Assembly (NCBI GenBank): GCA_964415735.1
Contig: CAYQBR010000001.1
Coordinates: 1,748-52,454, forward strand
Source: an uncultured Klebsiella sp.
GTDB lineage: Bacteria; Pseudomonadota; Gammaproteobacteria; Pseudomonadales; Pseudohongiellaceae
Reading direction: 5' to 3'
DNA: 50,707 bases
Under the pieces are notes generated by a model. It did no database searches and had not been told where the DNA came from. It saw only the letters and a list, made by a program, of their open reading frames with translations. The position numbers were made by a program, and so were the translations under genes. Positions 30,196-37,665 of the stretch are shown piece after piece (position 1 is the stretch's first letter; each line of letters opens with the position of its first letter).

Positions 30196-32544
30196 ATGCC
30201 TCTCAGCGACGCCATGAAACGCCTTGCCCGCAGCCTTCTCAAGGGGCGTCGCCTGCCCGTGGCGCTCGGGCTCGTGCTCACGCTGCTCGTGGCCTCCCTG
30301 CAGGTGCTGCCGCCAAGCGGCATCGGCTCCCTGATCGATCGTCTCGACAATCTCCTCTACGACCAGCGCTACAACCTGATGTCGAAACCGTCCGTGAATC
30401 CCGAGCACAAGATCGTGGTGGTGGACATCGATGAGCGCAGTCTGCAGGCCGAGGGGCAGTGGCCCTGGGATCGCTTCAAGCTCGGGCAGCTGGTGGAACG
30501 ACTGGCCGAGTATGGTGTGCTGGTCACCGGCTTCGACGTGACTTTTCCCGAGCCGCAGCGCAATACCGTGCGCGACATCGTTGCCCGCAGCGACGGCCTG
30601 ACACTGGAATCAGACTTCGTCGAACGACTGCGCACACTGGAGCAGGAACTGGATGCCGACCGCTATTTCGCGCAGGCCATTGCCAATCCCCTCATGTCCG
30701 TGGTGCTCGCAGTGTCTTTCAATCCTGTGCAGTCCGTGGAATACGGGGCGCTGCCAACACCGATCGTGGGGCTCGATGCTGCCATTGCGGAGCGCGTGAC
30801 GCTGCAGGAAATGGCCGGCTACACCGCCAACATCGCCGTGCTGCAGGAAGCTGCCGCGGGGGCCGGCATCATGAATCAGCTGCCGGATGTCGATGGCATC
30901 ATCCGCCGCGTGCCTCTTGTCGTGCGCTATCGCGATCAGTTGTATCCCACCCTGGCGCTGGAAATGGCGCGGCTGTATTTCTTCGAGCAGGATTTCGAAC
31001 TGGTGACCTATCCCCTGGGGGACGTGCATCAGGTGGAAGGCATCCGCATCGGTCGCAATGCAGGACAGTACGAGCTGGCCACGGATGCAAGAGCGCAGGT
31101 GCTGGTGCCCTATGTCGGTCCGTCCGTGCTAAGCGGCAACGGTCAATATGAATACGTCTCCGCCACCGATGTGCTCAATGGTGTCGTGGACCCGGCCGTG
31201 CTCGAGAATGCCCTGGTGCTGGTGGGCACCACGGCCACGGGCATGTTCGATCTGCGCTCGACGCCACTGGAAGCGGTCTACCCCGGAGTGGAAGTGCACG
31301 CGAACATTCTCAACGGCATCCTCAATTCCTTCATCGTGCAGGAAGTCGCGGGCAACGCAGAAGGCGCTGAAAACGACATCAATGCCACGCTGGCCTCGCC
31401 CTTTCCGTACAAACCTGTGTGGGAGGAGGGCGCGATTCTCGTGATCCTGCTGGTGCTCGGTGCAGTGCTCAGCGCGGTGCTCCCGCTGCTCGGTCCGACG
31501 CTGCTTGCGGTGGCGGCACTGGTCTTGATCGGCGCGGCCGTGTGGAGCAATTTCGCGCTGTGGTCGCTCTACCGCATGGACCTGTCGCTGACCCTGATCC
31601 TGCTGCTGATCCTGACGCTGGTGGTGATCAACACGGCGTATGGCTATCTGAGCGAGCGCCTCACGCGCAAGACCATCAAGGGCATGTTCGATCAATATGT
31701 GCCACCTGCCCACATTGACGCGATGCTGCAGAATCCAGAGGCTTACAGCTTCTCCGGCGAGAGCCGGGAAATGACGGTGCTGTTCGCGGACATCCGGGAT
31801 TTCACCAGTGTCTCGGAAGCGCTGACCGCCACCGAACTCAAGCAATTGTTGAACGAGTTTTTCACGCCGGTCACCAGCATCATCTTCGAGCACAACGGCA
31901 CCGTCGACAAATACGTCGGCGACATGATCATGGCTTTCTGGGGCGCGCCCCTGGAGGACCTCGCGCATCGCAGCAATGCAGTGCATGCCGCGCTGCGGAT
32001 TCTCGATGAAGTCGAGCGACTGCGGCAGGAGTTTCCGCGCAAGGGCTTTCCCCCGATCAATATCGGCATTGGCGTGAACACCGGCATGATGAACGTGGGC
32101 GACATGGGATCGGTCTATCGTCGCGCCTATACCGTGCTTGGAGACGCCGTGAACCTGGGCTCGCGACTCGAAGGTCTGACGAAGTTCTACGGCGTGAAAC
32201 TGTTGATCGGCGAAGAGACCCATCACACGCTGGAGGGCATCGTGTGTCGCCTGATCGACAAGGTGAAGGTCAAGGGCAAGGACCATGCCGTGCGCACTTA
32301 CGAACCGCTGTGCACGACGGCCGATGCGAGCCCGCAATTGCTGGCGGAAGTGGCGCAGTATCACGCGGCGCTCGAGCAGTATTTCGCGCAGCAATGGGAC
32401 GACGCACAGCAGCGTTTCGAGTCGTTGCACGCGGCTGCACCGCACGTGCATCTCTACGAGATCTATCTGGAAAGAATCGCCAATCTGCGCACGCAGAGTC
32501 TGCCTGCCGACTGGGATGGATCCTTCCAGCATCTGAGCAAATGA
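30196..32544 (+). CDS. CHASE2 sensor domain-containing class III adenylate/guanylate cyclase
   Basis: N-terminal TM helix, periplasmic CHASE2-like region (IVVVDIDERSL...WPWDR), three TM helices, then the cyclase domain (VLFADIRDFTSVSE, GDMIMAFWGAP, GVNTGMMNVGDMGS, VLGDAVNLGSRLEG). Start 30196 or 30214. Confidence 0.88.
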   Translation: MPLSDAMKRLARSLLKGRRLPVALGLVLTLLVASLQVLPPSGIGSLIDRLDNLLYDQRYNLMSKPSVNPEHKIVVVDIDERSLQAEGQWPWDRFKLGQLVERLAEYGVLVTGFDVTFPEPQRNTVRDIVARSDGLTLESDFVERLRTLEQELDADRYFAQAIANPLMSVVLAVSFNPVQSVEYGALPTPIVGLDAAIAERVTLQEMAGYTANIAVLQEAAAGAGIMNQLPDVDGIIRRVPLVVRYRDQLYPTLALEMARLYFFEQDFELVTYPLGDVHQVEGIRIGRNAGQYELATDARAQVLVPYVGPSVLSGNGQYEYVSATDVLNGVVDPAVLENALVLVGTTATGMFDLRSTPLEAVYPGVEVHANILNGILNSFIVQEVAGNAEGAENDINATLASPFPYKPVWEEGAILVILLVLGAVLSAVLPLLGPTLLAVAALVLIGAAVWSNFALWSLYRMDLSLTLILLLILTLVVINTAYGYLSERLTRKTIKGMFDQYVPPAHIDAMLQNPEAYSFSGESREMTVLFADIRDFTSVSEALTATELKQLLNEFFTPVTSIIFEHNGTVDKYVGDMIMAFWGAPLEDLAHRSNAVHAALRILDEVERLRQEFPRKGFPPINIGIGVNTGMMNVGDMGSVYRRAYTVLGDAVNLGSRLEGLTKFYGVKLLIGEETHHTLEGIVCRLIDKVKVKGKDHAVRTYEPLCTTADASPQLLAEVAQYHAALEQYFAQQWDDAQQRFESLHAAAPHVHLYEIYLERIANLRTQSLPADWDGSFQHLSK

Positions 32545-32592
32545 GTGCGGCCACTACCAGAAATCTTCACTTTTTGACAAGCATTGCTGCGG

Positions 32593-32610
32593 GTTTTCAC
32601 GCGTGAAAAC
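32593..32610. promoter_or_regulatory. perfect 18-bp palindrome GTTTTCACGCGTGAAAAC
   Basis: Self-complementary over all 18 nt. Located between the cyclase stop (32544) and the -35 box of the tRNA promoter. No T-tract follows. Confidence 0.3.
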
Positions 32611-32625
32611 GGCCGAGAAAATTGA

Positions 32626-32653
32626 TTGACAGAACAATTCAAGTGCGTAAAAT
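32626..32653 (+). promoter_or_regulatory. candidate sigma70 promoter for tRNA-Val/tRNA-Asp
   Basis: Consensus TTGACA (32626-32631), 16-nt spacer, TAAAAT (32648-32653), GC-rich discriminator gcgcgtc. The tRNA starts at 32673. Confidence 0.55.
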
Positions 32654-32672
32654 GCGCGTCACCCAAGAGAAC

Positions 32673-32748
32673 GGGTGTTTAGCTCAGTTGGTAGAGCGTC
32701 GCCCTTACAAGGCGAATGTCGGGGGTTCAAATCCCTCAACACCCACCA
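32673..32748 (+). tRNA. tRNA-Val (anticodon UAC)
   Basis: Acceptor gggtgtt/aacaccc, anticodon stem tcgcc/ggcga, loop cTTACaa, T loop ttcaaat, encoded CCA. Confidence 0.95.
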
Positions 32749-32784
32749 GACTCTCTCGGGGTCTGCAGTGAGCAAAGTTTGTGT

Positions 32785-32861
32785 GGACCGGTAGTTCAGC
32801 CGGTTAGAATGCCGGCCTGTCACGCCGGAGGTCGCGGGTTCGAGTCCCGTCCGGTCCGCCA
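32785..32861 (+). tRNA. tRNA-Asp (anticodon GUC)
   Basis: Acceptor ggaccgg/ccggtcc, anticodon stem ccggc/gccgg, loop ctGTCac, T loop ttcgagt, encoded CCA. Confidence 0.95.
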
Positions 32862-33025
32862 CTAACCCCTCTTCAAATCAGCAATTCCCCAGCCCGTTTC
32901 AACGTCATCGCTGCACTCGAATGCACGCGTTTTCTCGTGCCAATAAAAGCGCACTTGGCACTGTTGCCTGCGTCCACTTGCTCGCGCCGGATGCTTCCTT
33001 TACTCCACTTCCAGCGCTGGCTAAG

Positions 33026-35716
33026 ATGCCGGGACTTCGAGCGCAGAGGAGCAGCGGTGTGTCGCAAACAACAATTCAAGACAAGCGCGCAACGGATGCC
33101 ACGGTCGACACCTTTCTGGTGCAGGCGCATGGCATCGCCGCGTTTGTCATGCTGCTGATGGCCGTCACCTTCGGCATTCTTGTCTCGCTGCAATTCATTC
33201 TGCCGGATCTGTTCTCCGGTCTGCTGCCGAGCTGGGGTCGCATGCGCTATGCGCACACCCAGGGCATCATGCTGGGCTGGCTCGGCAATGCCTTCCTGGC
33301 CTTTCTCTATCATGCGGTTCCCATCCTGACGGGTGCGCGGGTCACCGGGCGCAGGCTCGGTCTGGTGTTGTTCGGTCTCTGGAATTTCGTGGTGATGCTG
33401 CCGGGCTGGGCGCTGGTGCTGGCCGGTGTCAGTCAGCCACTGGAGTGGGCGGAGTTCCCCCTGCTGGTCGATGTGTTCGTGGTGCTGGCCTTCGTGCTCG
33501 CCGCCGTGCAATTCCTGCCGCCTTTCTTCCGCAAGGGGCTCACCGACCTCTACGTCTCGGGCTGGTACATCATCGGGGCCCTGGTCTTCACGCTGCTCTC
33601 CTATCCCATGGGCAACATCGTGCCCGAGTTCGTGCCGGGCGCCGCGGGAGCCGCCTTCAGCGGTCTGTGGATTCACGATGCCGTCGGGTTGTTCGTCACT
33701 CCGCTCGCGCTCGCCATTCTCTATTTCGTGATTCCCGCCAGCACCGGTCGGCCTGTCTTCAGTCATCTGCTCTCGATGCTGGGCTTCTGGGGACTGTTCT
33801 TCCTTTACCCGCTGAACGGGACACATCACTACATCTTCTCCGTGATCCCGATGGAGGCGCAGATGACGGCGATCTATGCCTCGTTCCTGCTCGGGGTGAT
33901 CGTGCTCATCGTGGTCTCCAATCTCGTGCTCTCCCAGCGTGGCAGCGGCTGGATTCCGCAGGACATCGCGCTGCGCTTCGTCTCGATGTCGGTGATCTTC
34001 TACCTCGTGGTGAGCATTCAGGGCTCGCTGCAGGCCAACATGGCACTCAATGAGCTGACGCACTTCACGGACTGGGTGATCGGGCATTCCCATCTGGCCA
34101 TGCTGGGCTTCGCCACCTTCGCCGGCATCGGCGGCATCCTGCACGCCTGGCAGCGCATTCCCCAGGCGCGCTACAACGCCCGGGCACTGGAATGGGCCTA
34201 CTGGCTGCTGACGGTTGGCATCTGGCTCATGGTCATCGACCTGTCGCTGGCCGGTCTGGTGCAGGGCGGCGCCTGGCAGAGCGGCGCGCCCTGGCTGGAA
34301 TCCCTGCGTGTGTCGCAGCCCTACTGGGTGTTCCGCTCCCTGACTGCCATTCCCATCACTGCCGGCTTCATCGCCCTGTTCGCTGGTCTGATGACGGGCC
34401 CGCGTGGCGCCGGGGCCGATGCCGTGGCGCAGAACCGGCAGCGTGTGGCGGCGGCGCGTGTGGCGCCCGTGCTGATCGAGGGCAGTGCCGATGCGCCCGC
34501 GCGGGTGCTGGGCATGTCCTATGTCGTGGCCTCGGTGGCGGGCGTGCTGTTCTTCGTGTTCTCGGTGTCTCTGCTGGGCGAGATGCCCAGGCGCCTGCTG
34601 GCGGATCAGACGAATGTGATGGCCCCGGCCAGTCCACTGCCCCTGACGCCCTCCGAGCAGCGCGGCCGTGACATCTACGCCCGCGAAGGCTGTGGCTATT
34701 GCCATACCCAGCAAGTGCGCTATGTGCCGGCCGACATCCAGCGCTACGGAGCGCCGACCCTGGCCTGGGAAGGGCGCTTCGATTTCCCGCATCTGCTGGG
34801 CACCCGGCGCATCGGGCCGGATCTGGCACGCGCCGCGAACACCCGCACCGCCGAATGGCATCTCGCCCATTTGTATGCCCCGCGAGCCGTGGTGCCCGGC
34901 TCGGTGATGCCGGCCTACCCGCAGTTCTTCGCCGGGGACCCGACGCAGCCCACCCAGGAAGCGCGTGACCTGGTGGCCTATCTGGACACGCTAGGCCGCG
35001 CCCGCGAACTGGCCTGGCCGGACGGCGACACCGCCGCCCGTGCCGTGGCGGGCGACAGCGAATGGGCGCAGATGGCGTTCTCCTCTCCAGTGCTCAATGC
35101 GCATCCGGGCAGGACACAGCCGCGCGGCAATGCGCCGGCGCTGCCCGCCACCGGGGATCTGGCGCTGGGCAAGGCCCTGTGGCAGGCCAATTGCTCCGGC
35201 TGTCACGGGGCGAACGGTGATGGAGCTGGGCAGGCGTCCGGCTGGCTGGAGCCGCCGCCCGTGAATCTCACCGCGCGGGACTACACGGGACAGCGTCTGG
35301 CCGACATTTTGTGGAACGGGGTTCACGGCACTGCCATGCCGGGCTGGCGTGACCAGCCCCTGGAAAGTCTCGCTGCCCTGGTCGCCGTGGTGCGCGACTT
35401 CGGGCCGCAGGACGCCACTGCCGCGCCCGCGCCGCAATTGCAGGAAGGCGCCCGCGTCTATCAGCAGCACTGTGCCGAGTGTCATGGCGATGCGGGCACG
35501 GGCAATGGCTTCGCGGCGGATCAGCTGCCCATCATGCCGACGGACTTCACGGGCGAGCGCCCCACGCATGCCGAGAGCGAACGGGTGCTGCGCAATGGCG
35601 TGCCCGGAACCTCCATGGCACCGTGGACGGATCGCCTGAATGACGCCGAGATCGCGGCGGTCTCTCACTTCGTGCGTCAGTTCTACGCAGGCGAGACAAC
35701 AGGAGGGGCGCGATGA
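33026..35716 (+). CDS. fused cbb3-type cytochrome c oxidase: CcoN (subunit I) + CcoO (monoheme) + CcoP-like (diheme) in one polypeptide
   Basis: CcoN ligand motifs RYAHTQG, LWIHDAVG, LYPLNGTHHY and HFTDWVIGHSHLAMLG. Then a TM helix plus the FixO-like region GRDIYAREGCGYCH...GPDLAR...WHLAHLYAPRAVVPGSVMP. Then CSGCH...GTAMPGW and CAECH...GTSMAPW. The start is uncertain: track ORF begins 32921, and ATG 33026 is chosen from the N-terminal length of known CcoN. Confidence 0.85.
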   Translation: MPGLRAQRSSGVSQTTIQDKRATDATVDTFLVQAHGIAAFVMLLMAVTFGILVSLQFILPDLFSGLLPSWGRMRYAHTQGIMLGWLGNAFLAFLYHAVPILTGARVTGRRLGLVLFGLWNFVVMLPGWALVLAGVSQPLEWAEFPLLVDVFVVLAFVLAAVQFLPPFFRKGLTDLYVSGWYIIGALVFTLLSYPMGNIVPEFVPGAAGAAFSGLWIHDAVGLFVTPLALAILYFVIPASTGRPVFSHLLSMLGFWGLFFLYPLNGTHHYIFSVIPMEAQMTAIYASFLLGVIVLIVVSNLVLSQRGSGWIPQDIALRFVSMSVIFYLVVSIQGSLQANMALNELTHFTDWVIGHSHLAMLGFATFAGIGGILHAWQRIPQARYNARALEWAYWLLTVGIWLMVIDLSLAGLVQGGAWQSGAPWLESLRVSQPYWVFRSLTAIPITAGFIALFAGLMTGPRGAGADAVAQNRQRVAAARVAPVLIEGSADAPARVLGMSYVVASVAGVLFFVFSVSLLGEMPRRLLADQTNVMAPASPLPLTPSEQRGRDIYAREGCGYCHTQQVRYVPADIQRYGAPTLAWEGRFDFPHLLGTRRIGPDLARAANTRTAEWHLAHLYAPRAVVPGSVMPAYPQFFAGDPTQPTQEARDLVAYLDTLGRARELAWPDGDTAARAVAGDSEWAQMAFSSPVLNAHPGRTQPRGNAPALPATGDLALGKALWQANCSGCHGANGDGAGQASGWLEPPPVNLTARDYTGQRLADILWNGVHGTAMPGWRDQPLESLAALVAVVRDFGPQDATAAPAPQLQEGARVYQQHCAECHGDAGTGNGFAADQLPIMPTDFTGERPTHAESERVLRNGVPGTSMAPWTDRLNDAEIAAVSHFVRQFYAGETTGGAR

Positions 35717-35901
35717 TTTCCGATGTGATCGTGGGACTCAGTGTGTTGTTCGCCGCCGGCTGGCTGGCGGCGGCCTGGCTGCGGCCGGCGCTGCGGCGGC
35801 GCATCGAGCAGCCCAAGTTCGTGTTTGCGCAGCAGATCCAGCGGTTTGACGAAGACCAGCAGGCGTCCAATTCCAGGGAGACTCCCCATGAACCCCGATA
35901 A
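35713..35901 (+). CDS. hypothetical 62-aa single-pass membrane protein (occupies a CcoQ-like position)
   Basis: ATGA overlap with the oxidase stop, one N-terminal hydrophobic helix (VIVGLSVLFAAGWLAAAWL), G/C-rich third codon positions. No recognisable family. Confidence 0.45.
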   Translation: MISDVIVGLSVLFAAGWLAAAWLRPALRRRIEQPKFVFAQQIQRFDEDQQASNSRETPHEPR

Positions 35902-36883
35902 GCAGAGTGGCAGCATCCTTTTCACCGTGCTGGCCGGCGGCGCGGCCGGTCTGGGCATCATTGCGGCGGCGCTGTGGCTGTATCGGCCCATGCCCGTGAG
36001 TCCCGGCGTGCCGCTGGAAGCCACGGCCGAATACGGCGAGCGCCTGATTCGCCACACGCCGGAAGAGATGGGCCCTGCCAACCCGGACCCTGCCATGCGC
36101 TACACCGGTTCGCATCTGGACTGCGCGTCCTGCCATCTGGACAGCGGCCGCAAGCCCGGCACGCTCTCGCTGCTGCAGACCAGCTCGCGCTATCCGCGCT
36201 TCTCCGGCCGGGACGGGGGGGAAGGGGACTTGCGTGATCGCATCCAGGGCTGCATGACCCGCAGCATGAATGGCCGGGAGCTGCCCCGCGATGGCGTGCA
36301 GATGGTGTCCATGGAGCTGTACATCAACAGCCTCTGGGCGCAGACCCAGGCCTCCAGCGAGAGCCGTGTGCAGCCGGACGAGCCGCCGGCCTTCCGCGAG
36401 CCGGATCGGGCGGCCGACATCGCGGCGGGGCAGGTGGTGTTCGAGCAGCGTTGCGCCGTGTGCCACGGCATCGACGGACTCGGCCTGCAGGCCACGAATG
36501 ACATCAAGGAAGGCTATCTGTTCCCGCCGCTGTGGGGGCCGGACAGCTACAACAACGGCGCCGGCATGAACCGGGTGCTGACGGCGGCCATGTTCATCAA
36601 GGCGCGCATGCCACTGGGGCAGCCGGATCTGACGGATGACCAGGCCTTCGATGTGTCGGCCTACATCAATTCGAAGGAGCGGCCGCAGATGGCCAATCTG
36701 GAAGAGGATTACCCGGATCGCACCACCAAGCCGGTGGACAGCCCGTACCCGCCGTACGCCGACCCATTCCCGGTGGAGCAGCACAAGTTCGGGCCGTTCG
36801 GGCCGATCCGCGAGTACTACTCCGCCCAGACCGCGGCACGCAACGCCGCGCAGAACGCGGCGGGCACTGCCGGGGGCCGCTAG
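35888..36883 (+). CDS. membrane-anchored diheme c-type cytochrome, TsdA (thiosulfate dehydrogenase)-like
   Basis: Internal ATG 35888 of track ORF 35741..36883. N-terminal helix ILFTVLAGGAAGLGIIAAALWLY, two CxxCH (CASCH, CAVCH). RIQGCMTRSMNG and PPLWGPDSYNNGAGMNR resemble TsdA/SoxA-family signatures (from memory). Confidence 0.7.
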   Translation: MNPDKQSGSILFTVLAGGAAGLGIIAAALWLYRPMPVSPGVPLEATAEYGERLIRHTPEEMGPANPDPAMRYTGSHLDCASCHLDSGRKPGTLSLLQTSSRYPRFSGRDGGEGDLRDRIQGCMTRSMNGRELPRDGVQMVSMELYINSLWAQTQASSESRVQPDEPPAFREPDRAADIAAGQVVFEQRCAVCHGIDGLGLQATNDIKEGYLFPPLWGPDSYNNGAGMNRVLTAAMFIKARMPLGQPDLTDDQAFDVSAYINSKERPQMANLEEDYPDRTTKPVDSPYPPYADPFPVEQHKFGPFGPIREYYSAQTAARNAAQNAAGTAGGR

Positions 36884-37573
36884 TCAGCCGGCCACCAGCA
36901 TCGTGTAGCCGTGCTCCTGAGCGCGCGTCGTCGCCATGACGCCTGCGGGCACCATGCGCGCGTTGACGCCGATGGAGGCCGCGAGTTCGCGGGCGATCGC
37001 ATCGACATCGCCGCCGGTGGCCGCCGCGAGGAAGGTGGAGAGATTGCGCGTGGCACGACTGCACACGGCATACTGCACGCCCCGCGCGGCATTGGAAGCC
37101 AGCGTGTGGCCCCGGCTGGGCAGGTCGACACGATCGGACATCGTGATCGGGCTGCGCGGGAAGTTCTCACCGGTCTTCGGGTCGTGATACTGCGTGTAGT
37201 CGGCCAGCACCTTCCCGTACTTCTCCCACATCGCGTCACTGTAGGCCAGCGGCGCTGCTGCGGCGCGGAAACAGATGATCATCGCGTAATCCGACTCCGC
37301 TCCCTTGTAGACATCGGTGTGGGTGGCCAGGATGTTGGCCGCGTAGTTCATGGCGTTCACACCGCCCAGGCCGGTGTAGCAATCGATGAGCGTGCGGTGT
37401 GTCCCCGGCATGTCCATCCAGGCGTCTTCGTCGTGGATGCGCGGTTCGAAGCGCTGACGCGCGGTCTGCGCGACGGCCTTGGTGGCGGCGGCTGCGGAGG
37501 TCAGTGCAGCGACGAGGCCGAGACGGCCGAGAAAGGATCGACGCCCGGACGGGGGCAGGGATTGGTCTGACAT
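36884..37573 (-). CDS. Tat-exported periplasmic protein of unknown function (possibly DsrE/COG1416-like fold)
   Basis: ATG 37573 after AGGAG. Twin-arginine signal SGRRSFLGRLGLVAALTSAAAATKAVA-Q. The mature ~185 aa carry conserved-looking Cys (YAVCSRAT) and a C-terminal MVPAGVMATTRAQEHGYTMLVAG. The fold assignment is a weak guess. Confidence 0.7.
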   Translation of the reverse strand: MSDQSLPPSGRRSFLGRLGLVAALTSAAAATKAVAQTARQRFEPRIHDEDAWMDMPGTHRTLIDCYTGLGGVNAMNYAANILATHTDVYKGAESDYAMIICFRAAAAPLAYSDAMWEKYGKVLADYTQYHDPKTGENFPRSPITMSDRVDLPSRGHTLASNAARGVQYAVCSRATRNLSTFLAAATGGDVDAIARELAASIGVNARMVPAGVMATTRAQEHGYTMLVAG

Positions 37574-37665
37574 GGGAGCTCCTGAAGGCTGTGGCGCTCG
37601 CTGTCGGGGGCGCCCGTGAAGTAACAAGTGCTGGCTATTCAACTACAGGGCAGGCGGAAAATCGA

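Noticed and set aside
32659-32862. 67-aa minus-strand ORF (and 11914..12198+, 94 aa)
   Set aside because: They run through tRNA-Val/tRNA-Asp and tRNA-Lys respectively, so they are translations of tRNA genes and not proteins.
32956-32967. Sigma54-like TGGCAC...TTGC motif upstream of the oxidase
   Set aside because: The GG-to-GC spacing is about 9 nt instead of the required 12 (consensus TGGCACG-N4-TTGCW), so it is not a valid -24/-12 promoter. TGGCAC is instead one arm of the inverted repeat reported above.
32873-34870. 665-aa minus-strand ORF
   Set aside because: It is antisense to the CcoN/CcoO part of the fused oxidase, whose ligand motifs are unambiguous on the plus strand.
37399-37665. 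Upstream part of track ORF 37399..38577
   Set aside because: It overlaps the 5' end of the opposite-strand Tat-signal gene and is Arg-rich junk. Homology to DcyD/ACC-deaminase proteins begins near GTG 37666.
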